Assembly: GCA_963674865.2 (NCBI GenBank)
Contig: CAXXYE010000009.1
Location: 1,248,001 to 1,312,000 of the forward strand
From: Candidatus Hydrogenedentota bacterium
GTDB taxonomy: Bacteria > Hydrogenedentota > Hydrogenedentia > Hydrogenedentales > SLHB01
DNA length: 64,000 bases
Direction of reading: 5' to 3'
Position 1 is the stretch's first letter. Every line of letters starts with the position of its first letter. Below are positions 12,073-20,552 of the stretch, piece by piece. The notes beneath the pieces are model-generated. The model was not told the DNA's origin. It was given only the letters and a program-made list of their open reading frames with translations, and ran no database searches. Made by a program: the position numbers and the translations under genes.

Positions 12073-12372
12073 CAAGCCTCGCCCAAGCCCCACCAATACG
12101 CCCACGCGGGCTCGATGCCGAGGGAACGCGATACCTAAGCTGGCAAGATGCCGGCGCCACAACCGGAACGATGCCCGCGCTACGTATCGGATTGGCCTTG
12201 TCACGAGCGATGGTAACGGCAGACGGGCGTTATCCGGCGTCTATGCGCCAGAAAGAGCAAGGCCAGGGGCATAAGGGCCAAGCATAGGGCGTCGGCGGAC
12301 GCAAAGGCACGAGGGGCGGCATGCAGCATCCCGGCGGCTCCGGCGCAGCCGTAGGGGAGCGGGCAAATACGC

Positions 12373-13240
12373 TCGAATACGGCCGTGACGGCGGCATCGT
12401 CGGTAATGGTGAAGTCCACGGGATTGACTGAGCCCGTCAGATCGCCCTCCCAGTGATCGAATAGCCAGCCGTTGGCCGCGGTGGCTTCGATAGTGACGAC
12501 ATCATTCTCGCTGTAGGTATGTTCGCCGGGGGGCGGATCCACGTCTCCCTGCCCTTGGACGGAGACGGTGAGGGCGAACGTGGGAATCTCGATGAACACG
12601 GCCGTGACGGTGCTGTTATTGGTGATGGTGAGGGCGGCGGGATTGGTTGAGCCTGTCAGAGCGCCTTCCCAATGATCGAACAACCAGCCGTTGGCGGGGG
12701 TGGCCTCGAGGGTGACGATGTCGCCCTGTGTATAGGTATGGTAGCCGACGGGCGGGATCACATCCCCTAATCCATGGGCGACCACAGTCAGTGTAAACGT
12801 CGGGATCTCGGTGAACACCGCGGTGACGGTAGCATCGGCGGTCATGGTGAGGTCCACGGGGTTGGTGGCGCCCGTCAAGGCGCCTTCCCAGCGATCGAAT
12901 AACCAGCCGTCGGCCGGGGTGGCTTCCAGCGTCACCACGTCACCTTGGGTGTAGGTGTACTGGCCCGGGGGTGGTGTTACGTCCCCCTGCCCCACTACGG
13001 AGACGGTGAGGGTGAACGTGGGAATCTCGACGAACACCGCCGTCACGGTGGCATCGGCCGTGATGGTGAGGCCGACTGGATTGGTTGAGCCCGTCAGATC
13101 GCCCTCCCAGTGATCGAATAGCCAGCCGTCGGCGGGCGTGGCCTCAAGCGTCACGACATCATTCTCGGTGTAGGTGTGTTCGCCGGGAGGCGGTTCCAGC
13201 TCGCCTTGGCCCTCGATGGCCAGCGTCAATGTTAATGCTG
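12373..13240 (-). repeat. Four tandem 219-bp (73-aa) InlB B-repeat-like units
   Basis: Equivalent positions at 12589, 12808 and 13027 are exactly 219 bp apart; unit consensus LTV.V.GQGDV.PPPG.HTY....VVTLEATPA.GWLFDHWEG.LTGS.NP...VTAVF. Confidence 0.92.
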
Positions 13241-13851
13241 GCGGGCCGTCGTATTCGTAGGCGCCCATGTCGAAGCCGTCGCCCTGAGGCCGGGCGACGC
13301 CGTCGAGATCCATGTCGGGGGCGTCGTCGCTTGTTCCCGTGTCGATGGCCGGCGAGGCGGTTCTGAGGTGGAAGTCGCCGTTGGAAGCATCGACAAACAG
13401 GGGCGGGGTGGAGAGATTGCCCTCACCCGTATGCCCGTCCTCCACCAGGGAGTATGTCACCGAGCCTATGCCGTTGCCGGACAAGTCGATCTCGTCGGGC
13501 GTGTCGCCCCAGAAGATGCAATTGCGCACGTCATATTCCACCTCATCCAGCCGCAATGCCCCGCCCGTACCCGCCGCCGTGTTGCCGTAGAAGGTGCAGT
13601 TGGTCAGGTACACGGATGTCGTCCACGCTGGCCCTTCGCTGAGGTACTCGCCCATGCCTGAAATGGCACCCCCGTTGCTGGCTGCGTTGGTGTCGAAAAC
13701 ACAGTTCTCAAAAGACAAGTTGGCCCAATACACGTATGCTGCGCCGCCCGGGCCCAAGCGCTCGTCGGCGCTACTCCAGCCGCGGTTGTTTCGAAAGATG
13801 CAACGAAAGAAACTGCCACGCCCTCCATAGGAGGATATGACCCCACCTAGC

Positions 13852-14511
13852 CTAACGTTGGGAGACCCCCCGGCTGTGCCGGGGAGGCAGCCGAAGTTTG
13901 ACAGTTCCAGGAGTCCATCGACGAAACTCCTAGGCGTGAGCCGCTCAAGCACACGCAAAGGAGTTCATCGATGGACGATTACCAGAGTCTAAGTCACACG
14001 AAATGGGAGTGCAAATACCATGTGGTGTTTATCCCGAAAGGCCGGCGGAAGACGCTGTATAAGGCGCTGCGGGAGCACCTGGGTGAGGTGTTTCGGGAAC
14101 TTGCGTTGAGAAAGGAGAGCCGGGTTGAGGAAGGTCACCTGATGCCCGACCATGTGCACATGATGCTGACGATTCCCCCGAAGTACGCCGTATCGCAGGT
14201 GGTGGGCTACGTCAAAGGGAAGAGCGCGATTCACATTGCTCGGGTCTATAGTGAGCGCAAGCGCAACTTCGTGGGGCAGCACTTCTGGGCACGGGGCTAC
14301 TTCGTTTCTACCTTGGGCCGAGACGAGGAGGTGATACGGGACTACATCAGGCGGCAGGAGCAGGAAGACCGCCGCCTGGACCAGATGGATATGCTACGCT
14401 GACAGCCACCCGATAAGGGTGGCCCCAACGCGCGAGCGCGCTAGCGCCCAGCGCAGCCGCTTTGAGCGGCTCACACGGTAAAGCCCCCGGCTCTGCCGGG
14501 GGATACTTACT
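13852..14511 (+). mobile_element. IS200/IS605-family element, tnpA-only (IS200 type), about 660 bp; ends approximate
   Basis: Y1 transposase flanked by similar subterminal hairpins (CCCCGGC-TGT-GCCGGGG left; CCCCCGGC-TCT-GCCGGGGG right, followed by GATACTTAC). No terminal inverted repeats and no tnpB. Confidence 0.9.
13971..14402 (+). CDS. tnpA: IS200/IS605 Y1 HUH transposase
   Basis: CKYHVVFIPK, HUH motif DHVHM, FWARGYFVST and catalytic Tyr in IRDYIRRQ; RBS AAGGAG. Confidence 0.97.
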   Translation: MDDYQSLSHTKWECKYHVVFIPKGRRKTLYKALREHLGEVFRELALRKESRVEEGHLMPDHVHMMLTIPPKYAVSQVVGYVKGKSAIHIARVYSERKRNFVGQHFWARGYFVSTLGRDEEVIRDYIRRQEQEDRRLDQMDMLR

Positions 14512-15398
14512 GTTCCCTGGTTTGCCTCAAATGTGCAGTCCGTTATCGTGGCAAAGCTGGAAGTGCCCAGGTGGATGGCGCCTCCCGCAATCTCAGCCAC
14601 GTTGTTGTCAAAGCGACACCGATAGAAATCTGAGTTGTCGGCAAGCGAAACAGCTCCTCCATATGTCGCGGTATTTCCAGTGAACCGGCAATCGGCAACG
14701 ACGGAAGCCGCTCCAGAACAGGCAACAGCCGCTCCAGCGTAGGCGCTATTGTCCGCGAAGACGCAGTTAAGAACTGTCGGTGATGTCCCGGAGTTCAACA
14801 GGCCCGCTCCGCTGCGCGCGGTCGCGTAAGTGGGGCCAATTGGCGGATTCCCGCTACCACCACGCACAGTGAAACCGTCGAGCGCTGCATCGTCGGCACC
14901 AATAATGACGTTGTAAGCGGCTTCGCCGGAGCGGGATGTCGAGCCGTCAATGACAGTTGTGTATGTGGCCCAATCCCGTGCATCTCGGTTGACCTCGACC
15001 GCCTGGAATCCCCCGAATAAGTGCACGCCTTCCCTCATAAGCAGGGATCCCGTGTCCACCCAGTTCTCCAAGTCGTCGCCCGGGGCGACATCGCGAACCG
15101 ATTCGCGCCGTTCGTCATAGACTCCTTCGGCGGCCCACACTTCGCCCCCGCCATTGTCATAGGCGGCGTCGATGGCGGGCTGTATCGTGGTAAACGCCGT
15201 TGTCCAGGATGTGCCGTCCTCCGTGCCCGACGTGTTGTCCTTGTCGACATACCAGACGGCGGCGGAAGCTGTGAAAGCTAGGTGGAGCATCATTACGAGC
15301 CTGAGAATTCGCTGTGGCATTGCTCGTGCCTCCTGTGACATTGCGCCGTGCGACGTCATTTGGTTCTTGGATTACCGCTACAGCAAGAGGACTCCTGC

Positions 15399-16280
15399 TC
15401 ATTCCAGATCGATGGCCATGTTCTCCCACCAGAACACCCCGGCTGCGTCTGAAGGTGTTGGATACTCGTCGGCGCCCATATCGCGGGGAGGGAGCTCTTG
15501 CCCGTTGGAAGTGCCCAAGGGACTGGCCTGATTGTCAAAGTCCCGAAATTCAGGAAGAAATACATAGTCTTGAAGCTCGTCGTCCCACTCCACATTCGTC
15601 CCCGTATCTTTGCAGGGCGATGCGTTCTCGATATGCAAGAAGTCCTGCCAGTTGTTCTCCTGTTTGATGTAGATATTGTCGAAATGGTAGTCGCCGCCAT
15701 TTACTTGATAGAAGTGCACCTTGACGCCCACATCGACGGTGCACTCATCCGTTTCGAGGACTTTGGCCAGGGGCTGGCCGCTTTCCCCACGCCAAATGGC
15801 GATGTGCGAGTCATTCGTCTCGATGCGGACGTCGTACCATGTGTCTTCGAGCGTGTCCTCGGCGGTGTTCTCGTCCAGCGTTGTCCATACGCCATTGTCC
15901 TTCTGCCGCAAGAGCATCCTCCCGGGATAGATGCAGAGTTCGACGATGGTGTCTCCGGAGAACCGGAAGGTGACGATGGCCACGTACCAGTCGCTGCCGC
16001 TGGCGGCGCGTTCGTAGGAGAAGGACTCGACAAGATCGGTGCTCCGCACACTGATGCGGATCGAGGCGTAGCTCTCCGTGGTGGCGTCGAGATAGCCGCT
16101 CGCGGCCGTCCACGTGCCGCTGGTGACTGTCCACCCGTCATAATTCCCGTCGCTGAAATCATCATCCACCACCGAGGCATTGTAGAACGTCTCCGTCACG
16201 AATTCCGGATCGGACTGGATGTTGTTGTTCGCCGTGCCGCCGTTCTGAACGCAGGAATAGCTGCGCGGCGCATACAACAT
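15399..16280 (-). pseudogene. 5'-truncated fragment of an extracellular protein (choice-of-anchor Q-like segment containing a concanavalin/DUF1080-like domain)
   Basis: Starts abruptly at SYSCVQNGG...NNIQSDPEFV. Contains DDDFSDGNYDGWTV...WYDVRIE...FDNIYI and ends SPCKDTG...DMGADEY. No signal peptide. Confidence 0.55.
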
Positions 16281-16778
16281 TTGCGGCACTCCGATGAGCG
16301 GCACGACAGACATCTTCGCAGATGGACATCCCTCGGCGCGGCAACCCCTCATACTAATCCCCCGTGTAGACTTACATTACTAAGATACCACGCTCATTTT
16401 AAGGTGTAAAGAAGTTTCTCACGTTGCTGCATGGAGTTTACACTATAAGCACTAAGCCGGGCGTTTGTGCGCTGAAAACCTCCGCAGTGGCGTGCGGCCT
16501 CGTTGCCTGGACAAGGCTGTAGGGGAATCATGGGCCGCGGGCTGGGCGATTCTTATGTAATCTCTCCATTTGCCGGGGCTTTTAGACACATCTCCGCGCG
16601 CCTTCTCGCTGTTGAGGTAAGCATCCTGTGCTTCTCACGTGGGCCGGGAAGAAGTGAGTGAAAACGCGCTCGTTTTTTGACTTTTTCCGCGAACATTTGG
16701 TAGTCTCCATTGTCCCTTTTTGAGTATTTCACCTCTCGATAGTAGTGGCCTCCTCCTGCAAGAATACGGAATCGCAGT

Positions 16779-18269
16779 ATGTTTATCGGCAGTAAATCCA
16801 CCAGCACCGTCCTCGATGTATTCAAGATTGGCCTCAACGAACTGACGCGCGAGGTCGGCCTGCCTGAAGAGTTGCACTACCGCACGCGCGATTGCGAGAT
16901 CGCGGCGCGCGGCGCGGATCTTTCTAAGCGTGTTGACGTAGTCCGCATTGCCTTTCAGGTTAAGCCGGATAGCGACACGGCGCGCGTCACGGGCGCCATC
17001 GAGGCCACCAAGCTTGGAGCGCGAGTACAAGTCAACAACGGCACGTGCGCGATCACGCTGCCCTCTTTTGAATGGCGCCAACTGCCTCGCCTGAAGCCCA
17101 TCGACGCCGTGATTGAGGAGTTCGCCTCGCACTCGCTGCGATCGCAGTCGTGGGAGGTGGAGGTCGTTAAGCATAAGAGCTATGACGTCAACATCAACCG
17201 GATGATTGAGGAGATGCAGAGCAGGCGGGCGTCTGACCTCCATTTGCGGGCCGGCTCAGCACCATACATCCGAATCGACAATGAGTTGATGCCCGTGGAT
17301 ATGCCGCCGCTCACGGCGGCGGATATCGAGGATATCGTTCACCAACTCGGCAGTGAGAGTGAGGTGGAGAAACTTCGCGCCGAACGGGAGACGAGTTTCC
17401 AGTTCCACGCGGCGGGGGTGGGCTATCTGCGCGTGAGCGGGTATTTCAAGCACGGTGCGATGGCCCTCGCCATCCGGCTCATTCCGGAGAATCCGCTCGA
17501 CTTCGAGCAGTTGGGCATCCCGCCGACGGTTCGCGATATCGCCAGCGCCCACCGTGGGTTGCTGCTGGTTTGCGGCATTACAGGCTGCGGCAAGTCTACC
17601 ACGCTTGCGGCAATGGTGAAACACATTAATGATACGCGCCACACGCATATCATCACGGTTGAGGATCCCATCGAGTACGTCTACCGGGACAACAAGAGCA
17701 TCATCTCCCAGCGGCAGGTGGGCCGCGATACGTTCTCTTTCGCGAATGCCCTGCGCGGCGCGCTCCGCGAAGATCCGGACGTGATCATGGTGGGTGAGAT
17801 GCGGGATGTGGAAACCATTCGCGCGGCCATCAGCGCGGCCGAGACGGGCCACCTTGTCTTCTCGACGCTTCATACGATGACGGCCGTCGACACCGTCAAC
17901 CGCGTCATCAGTTTCTTTCCGCCGGCGGAGCGCGATGTTATCCGCCAGCAGCTTGCCTACACGCTCCGGGGAATTGTCTGCCAACGTCTTCTGAAGCGCA
18001 AGGGGGAGGGCCGTGTCCCGTGTCTCGAGATTCTGCTCGGCGGGCGGCCTATCGTGCGGGACGCCGTTCTCGAGGGGGAAGTCAGCAAGTTGCATGACAT
18101 CATCGAGGTCGACAGTGACATGAAGTCTTTCGATCAGTACGCGGTTGACCTCTTCCAGAAGGGCGTTGTCAGCCGTGAGGAGGCGGTTTCGGCGTGTAGC
18201 AACGAAGCATCATTCGATCGTATCACCAGCGGGATCAAGTCCTCTGAAGGGCGCAAGCTTCTGAAATAG
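16779..18269 (+). CDS. pilT: PilT/PilU-family type IV pilus ATPase with an N-terminal extension of about 135 aa
   Basis: ASDLHL, Walker A GITGCGKST, Asp box TVEDPIE, Walker B VIMVGEMRD and His box GHLVFSTLHT. Confidence 0.88.
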   Translation: MFIGSKSTSTVLDVFKIGLNELTREVGLPEELHYRTRDCEIAARGADLSKRVDVVRIAFQVKPDSDTARVTGAIEATKLGARVQVNNGTCAITLPSFEWRQLPRLKPIDAVIEEFASHSLRSQSWEVEVVKHKSYDVNINRMIEEMQSRRASDLHLRAGSAPYIRIDNELMPVDMPPLTAADIEDIVHQLGSESEVEKLRAERETSFQFHAAGVGYLRVSGYFKHGAMALAIRLIPENPLDFEQLGIPPTVRDIASAHRGLLLVCGITGCGKSTTLAAMVKHINDTRHTHIITVEDPIEYVYRDNKSIISQRQVGRDTFSFANALRGALREDPDVIMVGEMRDVETIRAAISAAETGHLVFSTLHTMTAVDTVNRVISFFPPAERDVIRQQLAYTLRGIVCQRLLKRKGEGRVPCLEILLGGRPIVRDAVLEGEVSKLHDIIEVDSDMKSFDQYAVDLFQKGVVSREEAVSACSNEASFDRITSGIKSSEGRKLLK

Positions 18270-18280
18270 CTCGTCTTGGC

Positions 18281-19534
18281 TTAGGCCATCCGGTAGATGA
18301 CGGCGCCGGAAGGAATCTTGGGGAAGAAGTAGGTGGACTTCTGGGGCATGGGTTCCTTCGCCTGGGCACAGGCCTGAACCTGCTCCGGCCGCACGGCTTT
18401 CAGTAGGAAAGCAAGCCCTTTCTCGCCGCTTCTGACTTTTTCGAGGGCTACCGACGCCGAACGCTCGTAGGTGAGTTGCGTATCCTCGGGCAGGCCTAGA
18501 ATGCGCTCGATGATGCCGCGGTGCAGCACGGCCACGTCCAGATCCCGCCACGCCGGAGCCTTGTCATCCCCGAGGAATGCGGCTCGATCAACGGATTTGA
18601 GCTTCAGGAGATACCGCCCCGTGCCATTGAGCGCGAGTCCGAGGACGCAGTTCGCGGCTGTCCGGACGCCTTCTTCGAGATCATCTCCTGCGGGCATGAC
18701 GTCGAACCACTTCTCCAAAGCCGAGAGGAATTCGCCGGCATCGAATCCCGGGGGGGGATCAAGGAGGCGATGGGGGGGATAGATCTTGAGGCCCGGATCG
18801 GAGAAAGATACGAAACCCATCAGGGTGTAGTCATATAGCCCTTTCCCATCGGCCCCCATGCGTGCCCGCATCCGATCGCGATAGGTGATGGCCGTCTCGA
18901 ACCGGTGGTGGCCATCCGCGATGTAGAGTTTCTTGTCTTGGAAAAAATCCTTCATGAAGGCGTCGCAGGGCGCTCGCCATAGCCGCACGGTTGTTCCATC
19001 CGGGACAGCCGCCTCACTCTCGGGCGCGGCTTCGTAATGAGGCGCCACATGCGCGGCCAAAGAGTTGTCCGGGTCGGCATAAAGGACGAATATGACGCCG
19101 AGATTCGCTCGTGTGGCTTCCGTCAGGAACAGGCGGTCCTCAATGGGCTTGCTGAAGGTTCGTTCATGGCCCAGCACCAGCTTCTCATCTGCCTCGGGAA
19201 GACGGGTGACTGCCATGAACCCGCGCCGCACGTACTGTGCTCCGTCCAGGCCCGTGAACTGCTGTTCGTGCAGGTAGATCGATTCCTCGGGATCCTGCCG
19301 AACAAAACCGTCCGCGATCCAGGAGTCCAGCAAGCGGCCGGCCCGTTCATAGCGATCTACCCCTTCCGCGGCTTCGGGCAGGAGCAGATGGGCCATACTC
19401 TGGGGGCTCCGCTGCGTGAAGGCACGGCGCTCGTCGGGGCTGATGACGTCGTACGGCGGCGTGATCACGTTATCCAGTGTTCCGACCTTCTCGGGACTGA
19501 AACGAAACGCGCGAAATCCCTTCACTTCAAGCAT
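18281..19534 (-). CDS. DUF1015 family protein
   Basis: PPYDVIS, HERT, LYIADGHHRFETA and MPQKSTYFFPK; ATG 19534 with RBS GGAGG. Confidence 0.92.
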   Translation of the reverse strand: MLEVKGFRAFRFSPEKVGTLDNVITPPYDVISPDERRAFTQRSPQSMAHLLLPEAAEGVDRYERAGRLLDSWIADGFVRQDPEESIYLHEQQFTGLDGAQYVRRGFMAVTRLPEADEKLVLGHERTFSKPIEDRLFLTEATRANLGVIFVLYADPDNSLAAHVAPHYEAAPESEAAVPDGTTVRLWRAPCDAFMKDFFQDKKLYIADGHHRFETAITYRDRMRARMGADGKGLYDYTLMGFVSFSDPGLKIYPPHRLLDPPPGFDAGEFLSALEKWFDVMPAGDDLEEGVRTAANCVLGLALNGTGRYLLKLKSVDRAAFLGDDKAPAWRDLDVAVLHRGIIERILGLPEDTQLTYERSASVALEKVRSGEKGLAFLLKAVRPEQVQACAQAKEPMPQKSTYFFPKIPSGAVIYRMA

Positions 19535-19655
19535 CGTGAAAAAAGAGCCTCCCTGAGGTATTGACACATGGGTAACCAGCCGCGGGCGATCTTATTCACT
19601 CGGAGGACACCGAGTCAAGGGGCGTGTGCTGGACTGCGCGGCCGACGCGGGATCG

Positions 19656-20057
19656 TCAGGCGCTGCGGTCCAAGACTCGCGGCGGGGCCGCTTCGCTCCG
19701 CCAGAGGCGGGCATTCCGCAACTCGGGAGCCGCGAGTCGCGTGGTGACGAAGCTCTTATATGGCTCGCCGTTCACCTCGAGTGTTTCAATGCCGACAACA
19801 CCGCTGCGCAAGAGCTCGGCGACCAGTTGCAGGAAGGTTGGACGTTCGGCGTCGCTCAACTCGAAGACGGACTCCAGCAGCGGCCGCCCCTCCGTCGACA
19901 GATCAAACGCTTGCAGTACCGCATCAAAAGTCTCGGCATCTGCTTGCCCTTCGACGACGTCAGTACCGTCTTCATTCTTCCTTGCAGGTGTTGCGGCGGT
20001 TGGGCGGGCCTGTTGGGGGAGTCCGGCCCACCCGAGTGTATCGAGTTGGATTTCCAC
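19656..20057 (-). CDS. Hypothetical protein, probably sigma28-regulated
   Basis: 133-aa ORF with RBS AAAGGGGAG and an upstream sigma28-like promoter. Confidence 0.6.
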   Translation of the reverse strand: MEIQLDTLGWAGLPQQARPTAATPARKNEDGTDVVEGQADAETFDAVLQAFDLSTEGRPLLESVFELSDAERPTFLQLVAELLRSGVVGIETLEVNGEPYKSFVTTRLAAPELRNARLWRSEAAPPRVLDRSA

Positions 20058-20103
20058 TTGAGTCGCTCCCCTTTACCTGGAAGCCAGCTACATTCATTTA
20101 TTC

Positions 20104-20130
20104 ATATCGACGGTTCTTCCCTGTGCCTTA
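20104..20130 (-). promoter_or_regulatory. Putative sigma28 (FliA) promoter
   Basis: TAAG-N15-GTCGATAT compared with the consensus TAAA-N15-GCCGATAA. Confidence 0.6.
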
Positions 20131-20552
20131 AGCGGGGCGGTATTGATTTGGCCGACTTTTCTTGACAAGAGGCCCATTATCATCACTGTTCGTGCCGTCT
20201 TGGTGTCCTTGCCCCGCAGAATGTCACCTTCTTTGGCCGGTCAACGTCGTAATATGGAGGTCTGTGGTGTGCAAAGAGCACGGTGATCGTTGGGGGTGCT
20301 CAACGGTCTTGACGCACGCGAAACGTAGGCTACGTCCCCGCGAAACCCTTGACAGGTCTCATGTTATTGTTGTAGAACTATTCAGTAGAGAACACCACCG
20401 AGCAGTAGTGCCGCGTCATGCCATTCGTGTCGGGGTGGCGCTACGAAAGGGTGGAGTCCTATTTGCGCATCAGAGAAGTTGTGACCTCTTATCCCGCACG
20501 GAGGACGAGGGGGTGCATCCTGCGTTTACATGAGCCAGGTCGGAGGACGATC

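Larger units (their letters stand above)
12201..15320 (-). pseudogene. Secreted surface protein (signal peptide, parallel beta-helix, choice-of-anchor Q-like region, 4 InlB-B-like repeats, C-terminal TM anchor) interrupted by an IS200-type element
   Basis: The 5' part (15320 to about 14511; RBS CAGGAGG; VWYVDKDN...AEGVY) and the 3' part (about 13850 to 12201) are in the same reading frame. F..N.A..GGA repeats occur on both sides, followed by DFHLRTASPAIDTG...DMGAYE. Confidence 0.88.

Noticed and set aside
11719..12200. Cobalamin riboswitch upstream of the ROK/Btu operon
   Set aside because: The B12-box motifs were not found; the hairpins are better explained as REP-like palindromes.
12373..13240. 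Possible CRISPR array
   Set aside because: The repeats are 219-bp in-frame coding units without spacers, and no cas genes are present.
13860..13958. ORF-track start of the 585-aa protein at 13958, and the tail of ORF 14394-15359
   Set aside because: Both are read-through into IS sequence on the opposite strand; they are not separate genes.
14402..14511. Possible tnpB/omegaRNA or IStron
   Set aside because: The element ends about 110 bp after tnpA, with no RuvC ORF or group I intron core.
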